64,000 nucleotides of DNA from contig NJBI01000003.1 of assembly GCA_005222975.1 (NCBI GenBank), positions 70,962 to 134,961 on the forward strand, written 5' to 3'. Positions 41,520 through 51,154 of this stretch are shown here, piece after piece. How positions within the stretch are numbered: the first letter of the stretch is position 1; every line of letters begins with the position of its first letter. The position numbers were made by a program, and so were the translations under genes. The notes below the pieces were generated by a model, which was not told where the DNA came from, did not search any database, and was given only the letters and a program-made list of their open reading frames with translations. The DNA comes from Promethearchaeota archaeon Loki_b31 (lineage in GTDB: Archaea > Asgardarchaeota > Lokiarchaeia > Sigyniarchaeales > SOKP01).

Positions 41520-43079
41520 TTATTCGTACTCAATTGTACTGGGAGGTTTATTTGAGATGTCGTAAACTACTCTATTTATTCCTTTTACTTCGTTAATTAT
41601 CCGGGTCCCAATTTTGTCTAAAAGCTCCCAATTTAATTTTGCAAAATTAGCAGTCATGGCATCTAACGATTCGACGACTCTTATGGCGCATATATACTCG
41701 TAGGTACGGAAATCGCCCATTATTCCTACTGTTTTTAAAGGTAAGAATACGCAAAAAGCTTGCCAAAGGGTATCATAAACGCCCGCTTTTTTGATCTCTT
41801 CAATTAAAATCTCATCTGCTTCTCTTAAAATTGTAAGTTTGTCTTTGTCAATCGCCCCGATAATCCTTACGGCCAACCCTGGACCGGGAAAAGGATGACG
41901 CTTTATAATTTCTTTTGGTAATCCTAGTTTTAGACCTATTTTTCTAACTTCATCTTTGTATAAATCTTTCAAGGGTTCAATAATTTTTAACTTCATATCG
42001 TCAGGTAAAGTCAAGTTATGGTGCGACTTTATTTTTACTGAAGTTTTACTTGTAGCGCTTGTTTCTACGCGATCGGGATAAATGGTTCCTTGAGCGAGAA
42101 ATTTAATGTTTGGATGTGCTTCTTCTAACTTAATTGTTTTTTTTTCAAAGACTTCGATAAAAGTATGACCAATAATTCTTCTTTTTTCTTCAGGATCCTC
42201 AATGTCTTTTAACCTTTCTAAAAATAAATCTTCAGCGTCAATGTAATGGAAGTTTTCAAATTTTAACGCGTGTTTGAACGTTTCTTGAACCTCAATTTCT
42301 TCGTTTTTTCTTAATACTCCATTATTTACAAAAATACTATGTAAACGATTTCCTATCGCTTTTTGGAGCAGAATCGCTACAACAGAGGAATCAACACCTC
42401 CACTTAACCCCAAAATCACTCTTTCGGTCGATCCAATTTCGCTTCTAATTTTTTCGATTGCACTTTCTATCCAATTTTCTAACTTCCATTCTTTCTTCGC
42501 TTTTACAACGTTCAAAACGAAATTTTTCAAAACTGTAATCCCCTTTTGCGTATGGATAACTTCAGGGTGAAATTGAACGCCGAATAAATTCAAACTTTCA
42601 TTTGCATACGCCGCAATGGGGCAAGTAATTGTTCTTGCTAATACTTCGAAACCGTCTGGCATAGATTCGACTTGGTCTCCGTGAGACATCCACACAGTCT
42701 CCCTCTTATCTAAAGATTCGAATAGTTTCTTAGGCCTGAGGATCTCTAACTCTGTTTTCCCGTATTCCTTCCGATTAAATGGCTTTATTTTTCCACCTAA
42801 TTGATGAATTATTAAGTGTAAACCATAGCAAATCCCCAAAACAGGTATTTTTTCCTCTTTTACAAAACTAAAGAAATTTTTTGTTAGTTGTGGACTGTCC
42901 TCCTCGTAGACGCTACTAGGGCCACCAGAAAGAATAATCCCTTTTGGTTCGACCCTTTTTAATTCTGCAATAGAGACATCGTATGGTAAAATTTCTGAAT
43001 ATACTCCTAATTCTCTAATACGTCTAGCTATAAGGTGCGTATACTGTGAACCCATGTCTATTACGCAGATTTTATCCAT
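41520..43079 (-). CDS. guaA: GMP synthase (fused GATase + ATP pyrophosphatase)
   Basis: GSQYT, GICYG, QFHPEV, SGGVDS, IKSHHN, KPPSTIEYE. Confidence 0.97.
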   Translation of the reverse strand: MDKICVIDMGSQYTHLIARRIRELGVYSEILPYDVSIAELKRVEPKGIILSGGPSSVYEEDSPQLTKNFFSFVKEEKIPVLGICYGLHLIIHQLGGKIKPFNRKEYGKTELEILRPKKLFESLDKRETVWMSHGDQVESMPDGFEVLARTITCPIAAYANESLNLFGVQFHPEVIHTQKGITVLKNFVLNVVKAKKEWKLENWIESAIEKIRSEIGSTERVILGLSGGVDSSVVAILLQKAIGNRLHSIFVNNGVLRKNEEIEVQETFKHALKFENFHYIDAEDLFLERLKDIEDPEEKRRIIGHTFIEVFEKKTIKLEEAHPNIKFLAQGTIYPDRVETSATSKTSVKIKSHHNLTLPDDMKLKIIEPLKDLYKDEVRKIGLKLGLPKEIIKRHPFPGPGLAVRIIGAIDKDKLTILREADEILIEEIKKAGVYDTLWQAFCVFLPLKTVGIMGDFRTYEYICAIRVVESLDAMTANFAKLNWELLDKIGTRIINEVKGINRVVYDISNKPPSTIEYE

Positions 43080-43344
43080 AGAATATTAACTACTTTGTAA
43101 TGTTGATTAAGTATTTATTAAATTGATATTTTAATTAACTTTTTCAATGTAAAATATATATTGATTATCATCGTAAAAAAATGAATAAGTAAAAGAAAAA
43201 AGGATAAAAAAATCAAATTGAATTGATTTATTGGTCTTTTTTATAATTTAAAGAAGTAATAATTAAATGCTTATTCATAAAGCAGTACTTATACTAATGA
43301 TATTTTTTTAAAATCATAGAAACTAAACTAAAGAAGAAAAAATC

Positions 43345-44595
43345 ATGAAAGAAAATCTAGATCCATTTCAGATCTCTCAAATACAACTTTATAATGCGTG
43401 TAAGATTCGAGGTTGTGATAGAGAAATTTATAATGCTTTAAGTCAACCTGAAAGATTCGTTGAAATAAAGCTAACAATTAAGATGGACGACAATACTCTT
43501 AAAACCTTTAAGGGTTTCCGTTCTCAATACAATTCTGCGAGAGGTCCAATGAAAGGAGGTATAAGGTGGCATCCTGATGAAACTGCTGCACTTGTAAAAG
43601 CATTGAGCGCTTGGATGACATGGAAATGCGCATGTGTAGATATTCCTTTGGGGGGAGCTAAAGGTGGTATCATTTGTAATCCAAGAGAAATGAGTAATAG
43701 AGAACTAGAAACGCTTGCAAGAAGTTATATTAGGAAATTAGCAGATTTTATAGGACCAAGTATTGATGTTCCTGCGCCTGATGTCTATACTAACCCCCAA
43801 ATTATGGCTTGGATGATGGATGAATATGAAATAATTGTACGTAAACATGCGCCATCTGTAATAACTGGAAAACCATTACCCTTAGGAGGTAGTGCTGGGC
43901 GTTCAATTGCAACAGCCAAAGGTGGATCTTATTGCATCAGAGAAGCTGCAAAAGATATTGGTTTAGATTTAAATGGAGCAAGAATTGTAATACAGGGATA
44001 TGGAAATGCTGGCTCTTGGGGTGCTAAAATCCTGCAAGATGATTATAATTGTAAGATAATTGCTGTTTCCGATTCAAAAGGGGGCATTTACAATAAAAAT
44101 GGAATTGATGCTTATGCTGCTTCAGAACAAAAAGAAAGAGCTTCCACGGTAGTAGGTTTGAAGGGAACGCAAGAAATAACAAATGAAGAATTATTAGAAT
44201 TAGAATGTGATGTTTTAGTTCCTTCTGCGCTTGAAAATGTAATTACACATAAAAATTCACAAAATGTAAATTGTAAGATTATAGCAGAACTCGCAAATGG
44301 ACCAACAACACCTGCAGGAGATCAAATTTTATTTAAAAATGATATTATTGTTATTCCTGATTTTTTATGTAATGCTGGAGGAGTTACTGTTTCATATTTC
44401 GAAATGGTGCAAGGTTATTATCAATACTTCTGGACTGAGGGAGAAGTATTTACTGCCTTGGATAAAATAATAACTAAAGCATATCATTCTGTTGTCCATA
44501 AAGCAAAAGAACATAATTCTAATTATAGAATGGGTGCATATTTAATAGCTATTGATAGGGTGATAAATGCCATGAAATTACGTGGTTGGTTATAA
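43345..44595 (+). CDS. gdhA: Glutamate dehydrogenase (paralogue 1)
   Basis: GPMKGGIRW, MTWKC, GGAKGG, DVPAPD, GGSAGR, QGYGNAG, ANGPTT. Confidence 0.95.
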   Translation: MKENLDPFQISQIQLYNACKIRGCDREIYNALSQPERFVEIKLTIKMDDNTLKTFKGFRSQYNSARGPMKGGIRWHPDETAALVKALSAWMTWKCACVDIPLGGAKGGIICNPREMSNRELETLARSYIRKLADFIGPSIDVPAPDVYTNPQIMAWMMDEYEIIVRKHAPSVITGKPLPLGGSAGRSIATAKGGSYCIREAAKDIGLDLNGARIVIQGYGNAGSWGAKILQDDYNCKIIAVSDSKGGIYNKNGIDAYAASEQKERASTVVGLKGTQEITNEELLELECDVLVPSALENVITHKNSQNVNCKIIAELANGPTTPAGDQILFKNDIIVIPDFLCNAGGVTVSYFEMVQGYYQYFWTEGEVFTALDKIITKAYHSVVHKAKEHNSNYRMGAYLIAIDRVINAMKLRGWL

Positions 44596-44775
44596 GCCAT
44601 ACATCACTCAATAATTTTTAACATAAAATGAAAAACTTTTCTTTTTTTTTATGTTTTTAATGAACAAAACAACATTTTTTATATACTAATAGATCATTTT
44701 ATTAAAAATAATTTAATTTTAAATACTATATTAAATTTTTAATATCATAATAAATATAATTTGGAGTTTAGAATT

Positions 44776-45024
44776 ATGTTACTAAACCCAAATGAGAGTT
44801 CTAAAGAAAAAATGGATATAGCTGCAGAATTAATTAATTTGCACTCTAATACTTTGGAATATCTAAAAAAGACGGAAAGAGCACTCATCAATTCTATTTC
44901 TATAATAAAGTTTAATGACCCTGTTAATATTTTTAAATGTTATCTAGTTCACCATTCTATTTTACGAAGTTAAGCATAAGGAGGCATTTTTTGACATCCA
45001 GATGAAAACACTGCGTTAGTAAAA
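44776..45024 (+). pseudogene. Chimeric gdh 5' remnant
   Basis: Near-identical to the 5' end of the gdh at 51155 (DIAAELINLHxNTLEYLKKTERAL). Then *A*GGIF*HPDENTALVK, which resembles the gdh at 43345. Three in-frame stops. Confidence 0.85.
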
Positions 45025-45094
45025 AGTCATATCAACATAATATAAAATTAAATAGTTTTTCCAAAAAAAAACCCATAAAAAATTGATATAAGCC

Positions 45095-45595
45095 ATGACA
45101 CAATCAAAAAAGAATTTAGAAGAGGTAAATATAATCATAGATGAAACTTTTCTTGATAAATCTATAAAAAAGCATGGTGATTTTCTTATTCCTATATTAC
45201 AAGATATACAGGAAAATTATAGATATTTACCTGAAGAGTGCCTCATCATAGTTGCAGAAAGATTGCAAATTCCACTGATAGAGGTGTATGGGGTGGCTAC
45301 ATTTTACCAGTCATTTAGTCTTATTCCTAAAGGCGAGCATATTATTACTGTTTGTTTAGGAACTGCATGTTATATACGTGGTGGAACAAATATGGTTGAT
45401 GTACTAACAAAAGAATTGAATATAAAACCTGGAGAAACTACAAAAGATAAAAAATTCTCGCTTGAAACGGTTAATTGTCTTGGTTGCTGTGCTATAGGAC
45501 CTATGGTTCTAATAGATGGTGAATATTATGGTGAGATGACACCACAAAAGGTAATTAAACTCATAAAAACTCTGAAGATGGAAAAAAATGACTAA
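45095..45595 (+). CDS. NuoE/HydC-like 2Fe-2S subunit
   Basis: VYGVATFY, VCLGTAC, VNCLGCC. Confidence 0.92.
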   Translation: MTQSKKNLEEVNIIIDETFLDKSIKKHGDFLIPILQDIQENYRYLPEECLIIVAERLQIPLIEVYGVATFYQSFSLIPKGEHIITVCLGTACYIRGGTNMVDVLTKELNIKPGETTKDKKFSLETVNCLGCCAIGPMVLIDGEYYGEMTPQKVIKLIKTLKMEKND

Positions 45596-48500
45596 ATTAC
45601 ATTCTATTAAAGAATTCGAGGAGTTATCTAAGAAGATTATCGAAAGTCAGGATTCTAAAAAACATATTATATCTTTATCTTCAGGTACATGTGGTTATGC
45701 AAGTGGTTCAATTAAGGTTGGAGAGGCATTAAAACAAGCAATTAAAGGATATGAAAATAAGATTAACCTAAAACTAACAGGATGCCACGGTTTTTGTGCG
45801 GCAGAACCCAATATAATAATATTCCCTGAAAAAATTTTCTATAAAAACTTAAAACCAGAAGATGCACCTAATATTATTCAATCTATATTAAAAGGAGAGA
45901 TAATTGATAACTTGGTTATTAGCGAGAATGGAACAAAATATGACCATATTTATGATATTCCATTTTATAAACTCCAAAAGCGTATACTTACAGGAGATAA
46001 TCCCCTTATAGATCCTACAAATATCGAAGATTATATAGCGATTGGTGGTTATAAAGCACTTGCTAAAGCTTTAAGTATGCATCCTAAAGAAATTATTGAA
46101 GAAATAAAGAAATCCGGATTAAGGGGTAGGGGTGGAGCAGGATTTTCGACAGGAATTAAATGGGAAATTGCGAGTAAACAAAAAAGTGATGTTAAATACA
46201 TAATTTGTAATGCTGATGAAGGTGATCCTGGGGCTTACATGGATAGAAACCTACTTGAAGGTAATCCGCAATTAATCATTGAAGGTATGATAATTGGTGC
46301 CTATTCAATAGGTGCAAATAAGGGATGGGTTTATGTTCGCGATGAATATCCACTTGCTGTGAAAAATATCACTATAAACATTAAGAAAGCAAGAGAAATG
46401 GGCGTTCTTGGTAAAAATATACTTAATACAGGTTTTGATTTTGATATAGAAATTACACGCGGTGCAGGTGCATTTGTTTGTGGTGAAGAAACGGCATTAA
46501 TCCATTCTATAGAGGGTAAGAGAGGTAATCCAAGTCAACGACCACCTTTTCCAGCTCAAAAAGGACTTTTTGGCCAACCTACAAATATAAATAATGTAGA
46601 AACATGGGCTAATGTGCCTAAAATTATTGAAAAAGGTGCAGACTGGTATGCAAATATCGGTACCAAGACGAGTAAGGGTACAAAAATATTCTCACTTGTT
46701 GGTAAAGTTGAAAATACTGGATTAGTTGAAGTACCTATGGGTATTACTATAAAAGAGATAGTATATGATATTGGTGATGGAAACTCAACTGGTAAAAATG
46801 TAAAAGCTATACAGACCGGTGGTCCATCTGGTGGATGTATTCCACAAGACCTTTTTAATTTGCCAATTGATTATGAATCACTTAAGCAGGCAGGTTCTAT
46901 AATGGGTTCAGGTGGAATGATTGTATTGGATGAAGATACATGTATGGTCGATTTTGCAAAATACTTCACAAATTTCTTACAGAATGAATCCTGTGGTAAA
47001 TGTTCAATATGTAGAGAGGGTACTCAACGTATGTTTGAAATACTTACAGATATAACCGAAGGTAAAGCAAATGTTGAATCCATTGATCTGCTTGAAGAGC
47101 TTGGTCATGTAATAAAAGATACTTCTTTATGTGGACTTGGTCAAACTGCTCCGAATTCAGTGCTTTCTACACTTAGATATTTCAGAAATGAGTATTTGGA
47201 ACATATTTTAGAACATTATTGTAGAGCAGGGGTTTGTACAAGCCTTTTAAAATCTCCATGCGAAAATAGTTGCCCAGTCCATCTAAATATTCCAGGATTT
47301 ATACAATTATTCAAAGAAAATCGTCTTGAAGAAGCATATGAATTGATTATGCTTGATAATCCTCTTCCCGCAACTACAGGGCGAATTTGTTTTGCCCCTT
47401 GTAATAATCGATGTAAAAGAGTATATATAGATGAAACTATCAATACAAGATCTCTTCATCGCTATATTTCAGACACTATATATAAAATGAAAAAGGATGA
47501 AGAAATTATAAAAAGGTTTATAGGTAAAAAATTACCAACAACAGGAAAGAAAATTGCAATAATTGGTGCTGGTCCTTCGGGTTTAACTGCAGCTTATTAT
47601 TTAGTTAGATTGGGTCATTTAATAGATGTTTATGATAAAAAATCTAAACCTGGAGGAAAATTATTATATAGTATTCCTGAATACCGGCTCCCTACAAATG
47701 TTTTAGAACATGAAATAGATATTATTAGAAAATTAGGAGTAAATTTCATATTAAAAACAGAAATTGGCAAGGAAATACAGTTAAATAAATTAATTGAAGA
47801 TTATGATGCAATATATATTACAACTGGTACTCAAAAAATAATACCTTTGAATGTTCCTGATTGTGATGCTCCTGGTGTACTTTTAGGAATTGAAGAATTA
47901 GAGAAAATTAAAAACAGTGATTTTAGTCAAAATAACGATAAAATAGTAATTATTGGTGGCGGAAATACTGCTATAGATGTTGCAAGATCATTAAAGAGAT
48001 TGGGAGGGGATGTTACTATCGCTTATCGTCGTACTTTAAGAGACATGCCTGCAAATGAAGAAGAAATAAAAGAGGCAATGAAGGAAAATATTGAATTTAT
48101 GTTCATGGTTTCTCCTCATGCTATTGTAAGTAATGATGATAATATAAAAGGAATTGAACTTATGAAAATGAAAGGTGGTATATATGATCCATCTGGCAGA
48201 AGAAAACCTATTCCTATAGGTGAAACAGTTATCATCCCTTGTGATAAAATATATACAGCAATCGGTGAAAGGATAAATATTAATTTTGTAGAATGCACGG
48301 ATGTTAGTATCAAGGGTACTGTGGAAATAAATCCGACTACTTTGCAGTCTAGTAATCCTAAAGTATTTGCAGGAGGAGATTTTATAACAGGGCCAACTAC
48401 TGTTGTAAATTCTATGTCAGAAGGCAAGAAAGCAGCTCGTAATATAAATAATTTCTTAATAGGTGATGATAACTTTTCCGAATTATACAAAGATTTTGAT

Positions 48501-48683
48501 TTTAAAGGTGAAATTCCTCTTGATTCTGAAATTTCTCCTAAAATTATGGAAATAGAAATTCCAGTGAAAGAAAGAATTTCCAATTTTAAAGAAGTTAGAA
48601 AAACTTTATCAAAAGAGCAAGCCTTAAATGAAGCTTTAAGATGTTTACGATGTGATTTAGAAATAATCGAAAAAAATAAATGA
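45588..48683 (+). CDS. NuoF/HydB-like FMN-NADH module fused to a GltD/NfnB-like FAD-NADPH module
   Basis: TGCHGFC, GLRGRGGAGF, ADEGDPGAYMDR, CGEETAL, ESCGKCSICREG, then CENSCP..GRIC..PC, GAGPSG, GGGNTA, AYRR, RCLRCD. Confidence 0.9.
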   Translation: MTKLHSIKEFEELSKKIIESQDSKKHIISLSSGTCGYASGSIKVGEALKQAIKGYENKINLKLTGCHGFCAAEPNIIIFPEKIFYKNLKPEDAPNIIQSILKGEIIDNLVISENGTKYDHIYDIPFYKLQKRILTGDNPLIDPTNIEDYIAIGGYKALAKALSMHPKEIIEEIKKSGLRGRGGAGFSTGIKWEIASKQKSDVKYIICNADEGDPGAYMDRNLLEGNPQLIIEGMIIGAYSIGANKGWVYVRDEYPLAVKNITINIKKAREMGVLGKNILNTGFDFDIEITRGAGAFVCGEETALIHSIEGKRGNPSQRPPFPAQKGLFGQPTNINNVETWANVPKIIEKGADWYANIGTKTSKGTKIFSLVGKVENTGLVEVPMGITIKEIVYDIGDGNSTGKNVKAIQTGGPSGGCIPQDLFNLPIDYESLKQAGSIMGSGGMIVLDEDTCMVDFAKYFTNFLQNESCGKCSICREGTQRMFEILTDITEGKANVESIDLLEELGHVIKDTSLCGLGQTAPNSVLSTLRYFRNEYLEHILEHYCRAGVCTSLLKSPCENSCPVHLNIPGFIQLFKENRLEEAYELIMLDNPLPATTGRICFAPCNNRCKRVYIDETINTRSLHRYISDTIYKMKKDEEIIKRFIGKKLPTTGKKIAIIGAGPSGLTAAYYLVRLGHLIDVYDKKSKPGGKLLYSIPEYRLPTNVLEHEIDIIRKLGVNFILKTEIGKEIQLNKLIEDYDAIYITTGTQKIIPLNVPDCDAPGVLLGIEELEKIKNSDFSQNNDKIVIIGGGNTAIDVARSLKRLGGDVTIAYRRTLRDMPANEEEIKEAMKENIEFMFMVSPHAIVSNDDNIKGIELMKMKGGIYDPSGRRKPIPIGETVIIPCDKIYTAIGERININFVECTDVSIKGTVEINPTTLQSSNPKVFAGGDFITGPTTVVNSMSEGKKAARNINNFLIGDDNFSELYKDFDFKGEIPLDSEISPKIMEIEIPVKERISNFKEVRKTLSKEQALNEALRCLRCDLEIIEKNK

Positions 48684-48709
48684 TTAAATGTTGGAAAAAT
48701 TGATTTAAT

Positions 48710-49423
48710 ATGCCAAAAATAAATATTGATGGAATTGAGGTTGATTGTCCAGAATATTGGACAATTCTTGATGCTGCAAAATTTATTGGAATTAATATAC
48801 CCACTCTTTGCTATCACGAGGGTCTTTCAACATGGGGTGGTTGTCGCCTATGTATTGTCGAAATAGGGAAAGAAAAAAATACAAAACTGGTTTCCTCATG
48901 TACATTCCCTGTTCAAGAAGGTCTTTACATCCGAACTGCAAGTAAAAAAGTAATCAAAGCAAGAAAAATGATACTTGAGCTTTTAATTGCACAAAATCCG
49001 ACTGCAAAAGTATTACAAGATCTTGCATCAAAAATAGGATTGAATAAAATCAGGTTTAAACCTAAATGGGAAAGCTGTATTTACTGTGGTTTATGTATCA
49101 GGATGTGTGAAGAACAGATGATGGCAAAGGCTATTGGATTTGTTAATAGAGGAAATAAGCTAAAAATAACCACCCCCTTTGATAAAAACTCGGAGGATTG
49201 TCGAAGATGTGGTGGTTGTATATATATTTGCCCGGCATGCACAATAAGATGTGATGGGGCCCATCCAGAAAGTGTGTTATGTAATGGCTGTTATAATATA
49301 CTCCAACCTACATGCTTGGATGTTCATGATAATTACGCATGTTGGATGGGGTTAGAAGGAGAATGTGGAATTTGTGTTACTACATCAACTAATCAAAAAA
49401 TAAATGAAAAAAAGGAGATATAA
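48710..49423 (+). CDS. NuoG/HydA N-terminal-like Fe-S subunit (2Fe-2S + 2x4Fe-4S) with extra Cys-rich tail
   Basis: PTLCYH..GGCRLCIVE..SSC, CIYCGLCIRMC, CRRCGGCIYICP, tail CNGC..C..C..CGIC. No H-cluster or molybdopterin domain. Confidence 0.88.
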   Translation: MPKINIDGIEVDCPEYWTILDAAKFIGINIPTLCYHEGLSTWGGCRLCIVEIGKEKNTKLVSSCTFPVQEGLYIRTASKKVIKARKMILELLIAQNPTAKVLQDLASKIGLNKIRFKPKWESCIYCGLCIRMCEEQMMAKAIGFVNRGNKLKITTPFDKNSEDCRRCGGCIYICPACTIRCDGAHPESVLCNGCYNILQPTCLDVHDNYACWMGLEGECGICVTTSTNQKINEKKEI

Positions 49424-49426
49424 AAA

Positions 49427-51007
49427 ATGGTAAACTTAAAAATAAATGCTTCGGCTGCCACTTTGACGAAAAATAGAACTGAGGATTCAATTGTACCTGA
49501 AAGTGGAATGTGTGCTACTTGCATAGATGGTTGTATCGGTATGTGTGATGTTGGAAAATCTGCATATAGGGGTTCAGAAGTATTATATCCAAAGCCCTTT
49601 GGTTTGATAACATCTGCTGGTGTAAAAAGTTATCCGGTGGATTTTTCTCAGTTTACAATACTAGGCTCATGTAGAGGTGCATATGGTATTGAAGCGGATT
49701 CTGATAAAGCTTTATTCACAAAAGTGAATTTAGAGCAAAGAATAGGGCGAGATAAAAAAATCAAGTTAAAACTTCCCTTTATTATTCCAGGACTTGGCTC
49801 AACAGCTGTAGCGAAAAATAATTGGGACGGACTTGCAATTGGAGCAGCGCTTTCAGGAATAATTCTTACAATTGGTGAAAATGTATGTGGTATGGACCCT
49901 AATTCAAAACTAGAAAAAGGAAAGATTGTGTATTCCGAAGATCTTGAAAATAGGGTTAAACTTTATAAAGAATGGCAGCAAGATGGTTATGGTGGAATTG
50001 TAGTTCAAGCAAATGTCGAAGGTACAAAACTTGGTGTGCAGGAATATGCATTAGATAAATTAGGTGTTGAAATCGTAGAACTTAAATGGGGGCAAGGAGC
50101 TAAAGATATCGGTGGAGAGGTAAAATTAAAAACTTTAAAGCGCGCCCAAGTGCTTAAAGATAGGGGATATTTCGTACTGCCAGATCCTTATGATCCAACA
50201 GTTATAAAGGCATTTGAAAACCATGTTTTTAATGAATTTGAGCGCCATTCAAGGTTAGGTATGGTAAGTGAGGAGAGTTTCTATAAAAGGGTAGAAGAAT
50301 TAAGATCTTTGGGAGCGAAATATGTTTTCTTAAAAACAGGAGCATATAGACCTAAAGATCTCGCTCTTGCAGTAAAATGTGCCTCTGAGGCTAAGATTGA
50401 CTTATTAACAGTAGATGCAGCAGGAGGCGGAACAGGAATGAGCCCATGGAGGATGATGAATGAATGGGGTGTGCCCCGTTTTGAGCTTTGGTCACTTCTT
50501 TATAAATATCTTGATATACTATCGAAGAAAGGAAAATTCATTCCTGATATTGCAATTGCCAGTGGTATTACTATGGAAGATCAGATATTTAAGGGTTTAG
50601 CATTAGGCGCACCCTATTTTAAACTAGCTGGTATGGCTAGAGCACCACTAGCGGCAGCAATGGTCGGTAAAACTATAGGCAATAGTATAGATGATGGTGA
50701 ATTACCTGTATATATTTCGCGTTTTGGAAGAAGAAAAGAAGAGATTTTTATAACAGCCCCTGAGCTTCGGCGTAAATTTGGAGATAAATTCGATTCAATA
50801 CCTCCAGGTGCAATTGGATTATATACATATATGACTAGACTTGAGCAAGGCCTTAAACAATTGATGTGCGGAGCAAGAAAATTCACATTAGAATATATTA
50901 CCCGAGATGACATCGCTTCATTAACAAATAAAGCTGAAGAAATAACGGGAATCCCCTTAGTAATGGATTGCGATAAAGAAGAAGCTGAAAAACTTCTTGA
51001 TTTTTAA
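49427..51007 (+). CDS. FMN-binding glutamate synthase family protein (GltB2/GltS-like)
   Basis: ELKWGQGAK, LKTGAY, DAAGGGTGMSP, GLKQLM; N-terminal CxxCxxxCxxxC. Confidence 0.85.
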   Translation: MVNLKINASAATLTKNRTEDSIVPESGMCATCIDGCIGMCDVGKSAYRGSEVLYPKPFGLITSAGVKSYPVDFSQFTILGSCRGAYGIEADSDKALFTKVNLEQRIGRDKKIKLKLPFIIPGLGSTAVAKNNWDGLAIGAALSGIILTIGENVCGMDPNSKLEKGKIVYSEDLENRVKLYKEWQQDGYGGIVVQANVEGTKLGVQEYALDKLGVEIVELKWGQGAKDIGGEVKLKTLKRAQVLKDRGYFVLPDPYDPTVIKAFENHVFNEFERHSRLGMVSEESFYKRVEELRSLGAKYVFLKTGAYRPKDLALAVKCASEAKIDLLTVDAAGGGTGMSPWRMMNEWGVPRFELWSLLYKYLDILSKKGKFIPDIAIASGITMEDQIFKGLALGAPYFKLAGMARAPLAAAMVGKTIGNSIDDGELPVYISRFGRRKEEIFITAPELRRKFGDKFDSIPPGAIGLYTYMTRLEQGLKQLMCGARKFTLEYITRDDIASLTNKAEEITGIPLVMDCDKEEAEKLLDF

Positions 51008-51154
51008 TCTTAAAACTTTTCTTTTTTTTTATTTTTACTGAATAAAAAACCGATTCTTACCTTCTAATAAATTGTTTAATTAAAAATAATTTAATTTTAA
51101 ATGCAATAGAAAATTGTTAGTAATCAGAATAATAATAATTTTGAGTTTAGAATT

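Noticed and set aside
44761-44973. 70-aa ORF as a functional small protein
   Set aside because: It is the degraded duplicate of the gdh 5' end, and homology continues through stop codons.
44992-44994. TGA in the gdh remnant as a recoded codon
   Set aside because: It replaces a Trp (TGG) in a fragment that also has two TAA stops; this is pseudogene decay.
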